Positions 18,088-27,126 of a DNA stretch of 64,000 nt are shown here, in pieces. Every line of letters starts with the position of its first letter. Within the stretch, counting starts at the first letter, position 1. This DNA comes from Candidatus Parvarchaeum sp. Its GTDB lineage: Archaea > Nanobdellota > Nanobdellia > Parvarchaeales > Parvarchaeaceae. Where the stretch lies: assembly GCA_049965555.1 (NCBI GenBank), contig JBMFWF010000001.1:32001-96000 (forward strand). Direction: 5' to 3'. The notes beneath the pieces are model-generated. The model was not told where the DNA came from. It did not search any database and worked only from the letters and a program-made list of their open reading frames with translations. The translations under genes and the position numbers were made by a program.

Positions 18088-18829
18088 AAAACACCCTGAC
18101 AAAATTTTTATAAACAATTTCCTTTATGTTATCTGCTTCCATCTTTTTTATACTAGATATGTAATTTAATAGTTTAGGTATATTCAAAGGAGTATTTATT
18201 TTCTCATCTGGGCTTAATGCTGGGGAATCAGTCTCTGTAAACATCTTATTGATATCCACATTCTTTATTATATTTTCCTTTTTGAATTTCATAAACCCAG
18301 TTGAGATGCTTATGTTGATTCCCAGATCCTGTGCTCTATCAAGGTTCCTTAGGTTGCCTTCAAAATTATGTATTACTGCCTTTACATTGAAACTTGAAAC
18401 TGCATCAAAAATATCTTCTATCGCTTTTCTACTGTGGATTATGCAGACTTTTTTGTTTTTTTCTGCCAGTTCCAATATCCTGTAAAAGAATTCTTTCTCC
18501 TGCTCCATCTGATAAATATCCTTGCTTTTATAATCTAATCCAACTTCTGAAACGGCGAAAAAACTGCTTATATTGCTTGAAAAAAATTCGAACTCAGTTT
18601 CTGCATTTTGATATGAATTGCGAGCTATTTCATTGGGATGCAGGCCTATACAAGGAAGCAGAAACGAGTATTTCTTGCTGTCCTTAAGTATTCTTTCGCT
18701 GTCGTCTTTGTTCTCTCCCGCATTTAATATTAAATAAGAATCAGAGATTTCTCCAAGAAAATTATCTCTCACTTTCTCCAACGACTTGTCAGATATATGT
18801 GCGTGAACATCTATGAATTTAGCTTCCAT
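18080..18829 (-). CDS. tatD: TatD family hydrolase/nuclease
   Basis: DVHAH, GLHP, EVGLD, IHSR and ETDSP; start moved to MEAKF at 18829. Confidence 0.9.
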   Translation of the reverse strand: MEAKFIDVHAHISDKSLEKVRDNFLGEISDSYLILNAGENKDDSERILKDSKKYSFLLPCIGLHPNEIARNSYQNAETEFEFFSSNISSFFAVSEVGLDYKSKDIYQMEQEKEFFYRILELAEKNKKVCIIHSRKAIEDIFDAVSSFNVKAVIHNFEGNLRNLDRAQDLGINISISTGFMKFKKENIIKNVDINKMFTETDSPALSPDEKINTPLNIPKLLNYISSIKKMEADNIKEIVYKNFVRVFYD

Positions 18830-18885
18830 ATAAAGATTACAAGGCAGCAGGATTAATTCTTTAGCAAGCTGCGATAAAATGACAT

Positions 18886-19506
18886 TCACTGCTTAGTTTC
18901 CCTTATCTCCTTCAGTGCTTTCTCGTCCTTTGAATAAAAATAAGGAGCGAGGTCCAAATCTGAGGGTGTCTTCTCGGCTTTGGACATGTAAACCTCATGT
19001 AAATTCTTATTGACTTCTTTACAGTAATCATCCCAATTTATGCCTAAAGATTCGACATACTCTCTCTCGATTTTAGTTGCGATCTCATGTGCATACGCAT
19101 ATTCATATGCATCATCTATTAGCCATTTCTCCGTAACTTCATGATGCCTGTCAATGCTTTCAACAGTATCAACTGTCTTCCCATCAACAACAATATTCTT
19201 TGGAAAATGCTCATCCAAGTATACCTTTTTTCCGTCGACAGAATATCCGCCAGTGTACTTTATGTCATACCTTGTGTCTATCTTTATATCGCTTGCCTTC
19301 TTTATTTCCTTTATCTGACCTATCTTTTTTTGGCTAAAAAAGACATCATTATTTTCTACTTCGATCTTATCTCCAACTTTAAAATCCATGGCGCTTTCAA
19401 ACTTTATATAAGTAGGCTCTTTGTAATTTATTGCGACTATGATAAAATTGTTGTCTGCAGCCTTTGGCCCAGACTTAAGATGCTCTATTACCTCATATTC
19501 TTCCAT
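18886..19506 (-). CDS. Hypothetical protein with a putative metal-binding HExxE...H module
   Basis: GGYSVDG..VYLD, HHEVTEK and YAHEIAT..ERE; start moved to MEEYE at 19506. Confidence 0.7.
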   Translation of the reverse strand: MEEYEVIEHLKSGPKAADNNFIIVAINYKEPTYIKFESAMDFKVGDKIEVENNDVFFSQKKIGQIKEIKKASDIKIDTRYDIKYTGGYSVDGKKVYLDEHFPKNIVVDGKTVDTVESIDRHHEVTEKWLIDDAYEYAYAHEIATKIEREYVESLGINWDDYCKEVNKNLHEVYMSKAEKTPSDLDLAPYFYSKDEKALKEIRETKQ

Positions 19507-19584
19507 ACTCAACAATAGATTAAACGCTAAACATAAAATATATAAGTTTACTTTAATGTAATAGACTATCGGCACCTACATTGA

Positions 19585-19656
19585 GCCTCCGTAGCTCAGC
19601 GGTAGAGCGTCTGCCTTGTAAGCAGAAGGTCGCGGGGCCAGCACCCGTCGGAGGCT
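19585..19656 (+). tRNA. tRNA-Thr(UGU), intronless, non-canonical T-loop GCCAGCA
   Basis: Cloverleaf: acceptor GCCTCCG/CGGAGGC, D-stem GCTC/GAGC, anticodon stem TCTGC/GCAGA with loop CT-TGT-AA, T-stem GCGGG/CCCGT. Confidence 0.88.
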
Positions 19657-19667
19657 TATCCTATAAT

Positions 19668-19944
19668 ATGAAAATAAAGGGAATAATATTCGATTGATAA
19701 TACTTTAATAAACTCTTCAAAAACAATAGGCGATGCTAATAAATCGGTTTTAAGAAAGATGCAAGAAGACTTTGAAGCAATGGATTTGAAAACATTTGAA
19801 ACTATAATTAAAAAAGTGCAAAAAAAGTTTGATAGCTTGGATTATACGAAAAGATACAAAAGGCTTTTCTATGAACTTTTCGCTGAAGAAAGCGGCCTAA
19901 ACATTGACTCTGAAAAAATAGATGTTTACTCGGAGATAATTTGA
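19668..19944 (+). pseudogene. Frameshifted, truncated HAD-superfamily hydrolase remnant
   Basis: ATG at 19668 gives MKIKGIIFD* and the adjacent frame from 19696 continues DNTLINSS... into the 61-aa ORF 19759-19944, which restores HAD motif I (FDxDNTL). Motifs II-IV are absent. Confidence 0.72.
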
Positions 19945-19956
19945 GAGCCATCTAGA

Positions 19957-20889
19957 TCAAGAATTAGCCTGAGATATCTTCTCCTTTATCTTGTCTATAA
20001 CATTCTGCACGTTTTCCTGGCCCCCGAGAGAAGCAAGTGCAGTCGTTGAAAGGCCAGCCATGCCCCCAAGCATGCTTCCTGCGTTTTGCATGAACTGCAT
20101 AGGAAGAACTATCTTGGAAGAGCTTGATTCCCCTATCTGTTTAAGTGCCTGAAGATAAAGATACATAATTGAGCGGTCATCAAGAGATTTGCTGCCTTCC
20201 CCTATTGCTTCCATGACTATTTTCTGTGCCTCTGCTTTAAACCTCTGTGCCTGCAACAAATTGGCAGCAATCTCTGGCTGCTGCATAGCCTGTATAACTT
20301 CATTGGACGGCGAAACAGACCTTAATTGCACAGAGGGGACGTCTATCCCCCATTTCCAAGTCATGTGCCTTATTGCGTCTGCAAGTATATCATTTAATCT
20401 GTCAAGGCTTCCAAAAACCTGCCTCATTGTTAATGACGCTATTGCATTCCTAACCGCGGACTGAACTAAATTGGATAGTCCTTGCCCGTAATTATCTATC
20501 TGCAAAGTTGCTTTCTCGGGATCTACAATCTGATAATATATTGTACCATCAAGCGAGATCTTTAGGTCATCGGCTGTAAATATGTCAGAAGAAGTTATAT
20601 CCATCATTTTTACCCTTACATCTACCTTCTTGTATTCCTCTTCAAAAAATGGCACAACAATAGCCCACCCGGGACCCGCTATGCGATTAAACTTGCCAAG
20701 TCTGAATATTATCCCTCTTTCAAACTGGCTGTATTTCTTTACAAAAGTTATAAAGAAGATAACAATAAGCAATGCAATGAAGATTATTAGGAATGCATAA
20801 AACAAACTGGGCACAAAGATACTTAAGAGAAAAAGAGCAACCAAAGCTATTATCCCTATAACGAAAACCCAAAATTCCCCTGGACTCAT
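19957..20889 (-). CDS. SPFH/band 7 (stomatin/prohibitin-like) membrane protein
   Basis: N-terminal TM segments, QFERGIIFRLGKF..GPG, VDVR, TADD and WGIDV. Confidence 0.92.
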   Translation of the reverse strand: MSPGEFWVFVIGIIALVALFLLSIFVPSLFYAFLIIFIALLIVIFFITFVKKYSQFERGIIFRLGKFNRIAGPGWAIVVPFFEEEYKKVDVRVKMMDITSSDIFTADDLKISLDGTIYYQIVDPEKATLQIDNYGQGLSNLVQSAVRNAIASLTMRQVFGSLDRLNDILADAIRHMTWKWGIDVPSVQLRSVSPSNEVIQAMQQPEIAANLLQAQRFKAEAQKIVMEAIGEGSKSLDDRSIMYLYLQALKQIGESSSSKIVLPMQFMQNAGSMLGGMAGLSTTALASLGGQENVQNVIDKIKEKISQANS

Positions 20890-20929
20890 ATTATTTATAA
20901 GAAGATTTTTAATTTATAACCATTCCTTT

Positions 20930-21625
20930 TCAGAATACTACGAGATCTAAGGTCATCCTGCTGTCTATTTCAGCGTATCTCATTATCCCTTTATTACTTA
21001 TTTCAGTAGAACTTCCTATGTAGGGATTGAATTTTGGCACGATTATTCCCTTCTTCAATTTAGAATCCGGATACCTGTCCTTTGGAAGTTTTATCTTAAG
21101 CATGAAAAAACAGTCCTCTTTATATGAAACGCCGTTCGAATCCTTGAAGTTAAAGGAAGGATGAACATGACTAATGCACAATGTTTCCGCTTCTCTTGAC
21201 ATCTGAACAGAGGGAAGAGAATGCCCGTGCATAAATCCTATTTTATCGTATACAAATTCATTTTTAACAGATACATTGCTGAATCTGCCTGTTATCTTCT
21301 CTATACCTCCATCATGATTTCCCTTCGTCAGTATTATTTCATCAAAATTATCAGACAGCCTTGAAAAAAACTTTACCAGCACGCCGCCTTCCTTTGGCTT
21401 TATCTCCGTGTATTCCTTCCTTATGTCACCAAGCAAAATAAGCTTTCTAGAACCCAAGTTGATTATCTTTTCTGTTAATTCATCGGTTTTTTCCCAGATA
21501 TTGTATCCATTGCTGTTTATGTCCTCTTCAAAGCCAAGATGAACATCGCCAACAACAGCGTACTCACCTACAAAAATCGCCCTTGAGCCCTTTTTAAACC
21601 TTATATTAAAGTCTTCTATACCCAT
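20930..21625 (-). CDS. Calcineurin-like (ICC-type) metallophosphoesterase
   Basis: DVHLG, LGD, GNHD, HGH and HVHP motifs. Confidence 0.88.
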   Translation of the reverse strand: MGIEDFNIRFKKGSRAIFVGEYAVVGDVHLGFEEDINSNGYNIWEKTDELTEKIINLGSRKLILLGDIRKEYTEIKPKEGGVLVKFFSRLSDNFDEIILTKGNHDGGIEKITGRFSNVSVKNEFVYDKIGFMHGHSLPSVQMSREAETLCISHVHPSFNFKDSNGVSYKEDCFFMLKIKLPKDRYPDSKLKKGIIVPKFNPYIGSSTEISNKGIMRYAEIDSRMTLDLVVF

Positions 21626-21745
21626 TGCAACCTTAAAAACTACTAATCAATTTTTACCCCGACATTTTAATTATGTAAAAACAAGCTTTTAAGCATATTC
21701 AATCTAACCTGCAGCCACATGTAATTTTAGGTGTAAATAAGAAAA

Positions 21746-23113
21746 TCATGCAAATATTATGCCGATGAACAAAGCCAAGGTAAGTATTATTAGTATGGAT
21801 TCCTTTATCCTCTGCTCTTTTTTGATAGGCATTTGTTTTTTATTGCTTATTATCCTGTCAACAACATGCATTTCTGACAGTATGCTGAAGTAATAAAAAG
21901 TAGAAACCAAAAGCGCGAAAAATGCAAGTATGACAAGCGCGAAGTATCCGCTGCTGAATAAAGCATAGAATATTAGAAGCTTTCCAAAGAACCCTATAGT
22001 AGGAGGGAAACCTGCAAGAGATAGTATACCTATGAAGAAAGCTACTGCCCCTACTCTTGAGACCTGTGTCATCGAACTGACTTCCTTCTTGTAAATGACT
22101 TTTCTGTTCTCAAACATATCATATGCTAGAAACACTATTGCATCTGCGACAGCGAATGCAAAAATGTAGAAAATTGCTGCGTTTATCCCTTTTGTAGTAA
22201 GAACTGCTATGCTTATGAATGCAAACCCTGCCTGTGAAATACTTGAATAAGCAAGTATCCTCTTTATTCTATCCTGAACGGATGCAAGGAATGAGCTCAG
22301 AAATATAGTTATAATGGCTATCGAAAGGAAAAGCGCAGTAACAAACAATGATGAAACTGGAAGAGCGAAAAAGAAAATCCTTATCATTGCAATTAGTCCT
22401 GCGGCCTTGGATACGGATGAGATAAAGGCAGTTACAGAGCTTTTTGAAGCTTCATACGTGTCAGGCGCCCACATATGAAATGGAACAAGGGTTGACTTGA
22501 AGCCCAGCCCAGCTATTACTACAGCGACGCCCGCAATGAAAGGAAGGTATGAAATCATATGCAAAGAAGAAAATGAGAGTGTGCCTGCACCTGCATATAT
22601 AAGGGAAATACCGAATATCAAGATTACCATAGAGATTATGCCGGTTGAAAGATATTTTAACGCGCCTTCGAGTGCATTTCCCGATTTATACATGTAAACT
22701 AGAGCATAAGTAGATATGGAAAGCATTTCTATAGAGATAAACAACGAGATAAGATTGCTTGATAAAACAACAAGGGTTGAACCAAGAACTGCAGAAAGGT
22801 ATGATATATCGATTGCAACGCTGTGTTCATTTTTATCTGCTATTATGAAAAGGTATATGAAAAATGAGAGAAACAGCATGAACCCCGTCACAAACTGGGA
22901 ATACTGCACTTCAGAGAACAAATTTATGTTCATGTTTCCATATATGACATCAAAAATGAGCGCTAGGCCCAGGAAAGCGGCTGTTATGTAGTGCAAAAAG
23001 GCCTTTTTGCTGCTATTTAAACTATGCCTTAGAAAATCTAATAAGATAATAAGCAATATGCCGGAAAACAAGATGTATTGTGAATTTAGGTATTCCATTT
23101 TATAGCCCTCCAA
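21746..23113 (-). CDS. nuoN: NADH-quinone oxidoreductase subunit N (antiporter-like)
   Basis: EGALKY, FK...VPFHMWAPDTY, KRILAYSSI and LAGFPPTIGFFGK; start may be 23098. Confidence 0.9.
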   Translation of the reverse strand: MEGYKMEYLNSQYILFSGILLIILLDFLRHSLNSSKKAFLHYITAAFLGLALIFDVIYGNMNINLFSEVQYSQFVTGFMLFLSFFIYLFIIADKNEHSVAIDISYLSAVLGSTLVVLSSNLISLFISIEMLSISTYALVYMYKSGNALEGALKYLSTGIISMVILIFGISLIYAGAGTLSFSSLHMISYLPFIAGVAVVIAGLGFKSTLVPFHMWAPDTYEASKSSVTAFISSVSKAAGLIAMIRIFFFALPVSSLFVTALFLSIAIITIFLSSFLASVQDRIKRILAYSSISQAGFAFISIAVLTTKGINAAIFYIFAFAVADAIVFLAYDMFENRKVIYKKEVSSMTQVSRVGAVAFFIGILSLAGFPPTIGFFGKLLIFYALFSSGYFALVILAFFALLVSTFYYFSILSEMHVVDRIISNKKQMPIKKEQRIKESILIILTLALFIGIIFA

Positions 23114-24512
23114 GTGTACTTAAAAGCAATGAAGGGAATAGCCCTATCAAAAGAATGAAAAAAGAAAGGAAGAGCATGAAAAACAGCTCGTTTCTTGAAA
23201 GGTCTGTCAAGCCTGCAAAGGTCTTCTTCAACTGTCCAAATAAAGACTGCTTTATTACCCTCAGATAATAATTCGTAGACAGCATTATTCCGAATATTGC
23301 TAAAAGCGATATACCGACAACCCCATAAGACCCTAAGAAAATGAGAAATTCTCCGGGAAAATTAGATAAACCCGGTACACCAAGACTTGCAAATATGCCA
23401 AAAACAAGAAAGAAGGAAAGCAGGGGCATCTTTGACATTAACCCCCCCATTCTTTCTGTCTCATTAGTGCCTGTCTTTTGCATAAGTATGTAAGAGATTC
23501 CAAACAGCATAGTTATTATGAATCCATGGCTTACCATTAAAAGAACCGATCCTGCGACTGCTAAATTTATGCCCGATGAAACACCAATAAAGACCAAAGA
23601 CATATAGAACATGCTCGAATACGAGAGAAGCTTTTTCAGATCTTTCTGGCCTGAAGCAGTAAATGCAATATAGATTGCAGTGAAAACGCCCAAACCTATC
23701 AAAGGCAGCCTAAAGTCAAAAATCAAATTCCTGAAAAGTCCAAAGCCAAACAAAATAAACGCAAAACCTCCGAGTTTGGAAAGCATGCTAGACAAAAGCA
23801 TTGTTCCTGAAGAAGGAGAATAATAATAAGAATCAAGAAGCCAGCCGTGAAGTGGGAAGATAGGCATCTTTATCATTACTGTTATTAATAAAAGGAAAAA
23901 GGACAGGTATTCTATGTAAGATGGCAAAAATGACATCCGGGATGCAATAACAAAAAAGTTGAAACTACCAGTGTAAAGGAAAAGAAGTATGAAGACGGCT
24001 AATAATGTAAGGCTCCCAAATTGTGTGAACACCAGGAATTTCATCGCCGCTTTTCTGCCATTCTCACCGTTGCCCCATAGCCCGGTAATGAAGAAAAGTG
24101 AAAGAACTGCTGCTTCCCAGAAGATGAAGAACACTATCAAATTGGAAGAAACAAAAACAGATATAACAGAGATATACACTAGAAGATAAAAGAGATAAAA
24201 GATGCTTTTGCTCTGCTTTATTTCCTTTGATGAAAAAAGAAGTATTGCGATAGGGATTGTTACTGCTATTAGAAGAAACGGTATGGTTATGAAATTTTCC
24301 TGCAGTGAAAATGAAAAACTTATGCTGGGATTTATGTTTACATTGAAACTTGAAAAGCCAAAGATAAGGCCAACGACAAATACTACAGCATTAACTAACA
24401 TTGTCGAAAGAACTATTGTCTCGGATGAAGGCAGATTCCGGTAGAATCTTTTTAGTATGAGAAGCAATATACCTATTGCCGGCACCAAAAGAAGAAAAAT
24501 TAAGTTTATCAT
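23100..24512 (-). CDS. nuoM: NADH-quinone oxidoreductase subunit M
   Basis: FFIFWE, AAMKF, KMPIFPLHGWL, SHG and GVPGLSNFPGEF. Confidence 0.9.
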   Translation of the reverse strand: MINLIFLLLVPAIGILLLILKRFYRNLPSSETIVLSTMLVNAVVFVVGLIFGFSSFNVNINPSISFSFSLQENFITIPFLLIAVTIPIAILLFSSKEIKQSKSIFYLFYLLVYISVISVFVSSNLIVFFIFWEAAVLSLFFITGLWGNGENGRKAAMKFLVFTQFGSLTLLAVFILLFLYTGSFNFFVIASRMSFLPSYIEYLSFFLLLITVMIKMPIFPLHGWLLDSYYYSPSSGTMLLSSMLSKLGGFAFILFGFGLFRNLIFDFRLPLIGLGVFTAIYIAFTASGQKDLKKLLSYSSMFYMSLVFIGVSSGINLAVAGSVLLMVSHGFIITMLFGISYILMQKTGTNETERMGGLMSKMPLLSFFLVFGIFASLGVPGLSNFPGEFLIFLGSYGVVGISLLAIFGIMLSTNYYLRVIKQSLFGQLKKTFAGLTDLSRNELFFMLFLSFFILLIGLFPSLLLSTLGGL

Positions 24513-26257
24513 ACGAAAATCACCGCTAAAAGGATAACCGCAGTAAGCCCTATTATTACTGCTGTTAAGTACCTAAATGCATCTCCATTTTGTATCTCCC
24601 TTGTTTTTGAGGATAAAATAAAAGTTGATTCGGCAATTCTAGACATTGCATTTGAAAACATGAAATCAAACTTACCGACATAGAAACCAAAGGCAGAAAT
24701 TGCATTACCTAATGCAATTATGAATTTCTCGTACCCATAATTTGCAACCCCTTCAGATATAGCTTTCATCATTTCCTTGAATTTTCTTGTTTTTCCTACA
24801 TAAAAAATTTCATATGAGAAGAAGATACCTAGCAAAGAAGCTGCGAGAGCTATAAATGAAAACGCATCAAAAGAATATGCTATTTGTATTATGTTTTTGA
24901 AAAAGTAGAGGAAAACTCCGCCAACTGTGGATATTATTGAAAGCAGGATTATAGGCAAGAAAAGATTGAATTCCTTCTTAAGAGGTTTTCTTGTCTTGCT
25001 GCCGAATATTACAAAAAAGGCCCTAAAAGAAAAAAGAGCTGTTAAAAAGGCAACAAAAACAAATGCTATGTTTTCTAATAAATTAAAATTGTGGGTAAGT
25101 GCTGAATGCGCAAAAAAGCTCATAAAGGGAGGTATGGCAGAGATTGAGGCAAAGCCTATTAATGCAGGCACAGTAAACCAAGTGCCCCTTAATTTCTTTT
25201 TATTTAGCTGGTATATATCATAGGTACCAAAAACAATTGCAAGCCCTCCGCTTATGAAGAAAAGCATGGATTTGAAAACTGCATGCGTAAACAGGTAAAA
25301 AATAGCACCGCCGGCATTTAAAGTTCCTATCGCAAGGAACATGAAGGCAAGGCTTTCTATAGTTGAATATGCAAGTATCTTCTTGAAATGCCTTTCCTTT
25401 AAACCAAGCAGGGCGCTTGTAAAAGCAGTAATGAATCCTAAAATAACTATCAAGTTAAGAAGCCCTGCCGTGGATACCAATGGAAGAAGCCTTACAAGAA
25501 GGTACGCTCCTGCTGCAACCATTGTTGCAGAATGAAGAAGGGAACTTACAGGGGTAGGGCCCTCCATTGCATCTATAAGCCAAGTATAGAATGGGAACTG
25601 CGCTGCCTTTGAAAGCCCTGCAATCGTAAAAAGGGAACCTGCAATTACTAATGCTGTTAAGGGAATGGAATGAATGGAATTCAAAATAGAAGATATTGAA
25701 AATGTCTTAAGCGCTGAAAAAATTACAATCAAACCTGCGAGGAAGGCAAGATCCCCTACCCTTGTTATTATAAGAGCCTTCTTGCTTGAAACGGCGGGGC
25801 CGTCTCTATCATACCAAAAGCCTATCAGAAGGTAGGAAGTTATGCCAACAAATTCCCAGAATATGAAGAATAGAAGCAGACTGTTCGACATAACCAAACC
25901 TAGCATGGAGAATATGAAAAATGACATCTCTGCATAAAACCTTGCATGTCTCTCTTCTTTCATGTAAACTCCTGCAAACATCAAAACCATGATTGATATG
26001 AACGAAACAAGCAATGCCATAAAAAGGGTCAGGTTGTTTCCTATGAATGAAAGAGAGAAGGAGAAACTACTGAAAGAAAACCAAGTATAACTTTCTATTG
26101 TATTCTTATTGAAATATATAATAAAGAAGAAAATTGAAAGAACAAAAGAGATTACAGCGGCTGACAAAGAAATCAGCCAGCTTAAGTTCTTTCTTTCTCC
26201 CAATAATGGGATTAAAATTGCAGAGATTAAAAGCGGCAGGAGAATTAGATACAGCAT
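24509..26257 (-). CDS. nuoL: NADH-quinone oxidoreductase subunit L
   Basis: WEFVGITSYLLIGFW, RVGD, KAAQFPF.TWL.DAMEGPTPVSSLLHSATMV and HAVFKS. Confidence 0.92.
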   Translation of the reverse strand: MLYLILLPLLISAILIPLLGERKNLSWLISLSAAVISFVLSIFFFIIYFNKNTIESYTWFSFSSFSFSLSFIGNNLTLFMALLVSFISIMVLMFAGVYMKEERHARFYAEMSFFIFSMLGLVMSNSLLLFFIFWEFVGITSYLLIGFWYDRDGPAVSSKKALIITRVGDLAFLAGLIVIFSALKTFSISSILNSIHSIPLTALVIAGSLFTIAGLSKAAQFPFYTWLIDAMEGPTPVSSLLHSATMVAAGAYLLVRLLPLVSTAGLLNLIVILGFITAFTSALLGLKERHFKKILAYSTIESLAFMFLAIGTLNAGGAIFYLFTHAVFKSMLFFISGGLAIVFGTYDIYQLNKKKLRGTWFTVPALIGFASISAIPPFMSFFAHSALTHNFNLLENIAFVFVAFLTALFSFRAFFVIFGSKTRKPLKKEFNLFLPIILLSIISTVGGVFLYFFKNIIQIAYSFDAFSFIALAASLLGIFFSYEIFYVGKTRKFKEMMKAISEGVANYGYEKFIIALGNAISAFGFYVGKFDFMFSNAMSRIAESTFILSSKTREIQNGDAFRYLTAVIIGLTAVILLAVIFV

Positions 26258-26258
26258 A

Positions 26259-26561
26259 TCAACCTCTGTACCTCCCTAACTTTGATATAGAAAGCGAGCC
26301 CGTCCTTCTTGAAAAGACTACCATCAATGCTATGAAAACCACTGTTTCAAATACTATCATTATCAGAGTTATTAAGGCATAGCTTACTCCATTTAGGGCC
26401 GAATAAAAATTGGCAGCTGATATGAAATTTATTATGGCCGCATTGACTATTATCTCTGAGGATATGATTATGGAGATTCCCTCTCTCCTTGAAAGTATTC
26501 CATATATCCCTATAACGAAAAGTATGCTAGTAAGCAGCAGGAAATAATTCTCAGGTATCAT
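26259..26561 (-). CDS. nuoK: NADH-quinone oxidoreductase subunit K
   Basis: Three TM helices, LF.IGIYG, SEIIVNAA and a second conserved Glu; operon position. Confidence 0.88.
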   Translation of the reverse strand: MIPENYFLLLTSILFVIGIYGILSRREGISIIISSEIIVNAAIINFISAANFYSALNGVSYALITLIMIVFETVVFIALMVVFSRRTGSLSISKLGRYRG

Positions 26562-27034
26562 ATCTTCTCACCTCTACTTATTATGTATATTGTCGAAAAT
26601 ATGCTGGCGATTGCAGTGAATGCCAGTACGAATAGGAGGCCGGAATAATTTTGGAAGAAATAAGCTCCAAAATTAGCATAGTTTAAGGCATTGGGATATT
26701 GTGAAGACGGCATTTTAAGCAACAGAAATGAGGTTACTGCCAGTATTATTATTGGAAGAGAGAATGCGAGCTTTGAGTTTATCTTTTTAACTGCCCCCTC
26801 CGGCATTGAGCTTATCCCTATTGCAAGCAAAAGCACTATACCTCCGTTGTATATTATAAGCTCTGCTATTCCAAGAAATACTGCATTTAAGTAAAGTATC
26901 ATTGCAGTTACAGATATAACAAACATGAACATGTAGAGAAGAGAATGTATTAGATTCTTTGTAGAAACCATAAGGATTGCAGTAACTATAAGCAATCCAG
27001 AGATTATCAAAAATCCAATGCTTCCCAAATCCAT
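26558..27034 (-). CDS. nuoJ: NADH-quinone oxidoreductase subunit J
   Basis: KNLIHS and L.A.FL...ELIIYNGGIVLL; start moved to MDLGS at 27034. Confidence 0.85.
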   Translation of the reverse strand: MDLGSIGFLIISGLLIVTAILMVSTKNLIHSLLYMFMFVISVTAMILYLNAVFLGIAELIIYNGGIVLLLAIGISSMPEGAVKKINSKLAFSLPIIILAVTSFLLLKMPSSQYPNALNYANFGAYFFQNYSGLLFVLAFTAIASIFSTIYIISRGEKI

Positions 27035-27126
27035 TAAAGTAGATAAGAGTTTTATAAATAAATAAGTGGTTTTTGGGTGTAAACAAAAAAACACTCAAAA
27101 ACTGCAAATAATACTTATTTATTTAA

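Noticed and set aside
19668-19700. TGA readthrough or an alternative genetic code in the HAD-like ORF
   Set aside because: TGA is followed directly by TAA and the homology continues in another frame; TAA, TAG and TGA all end conserved genes normally.
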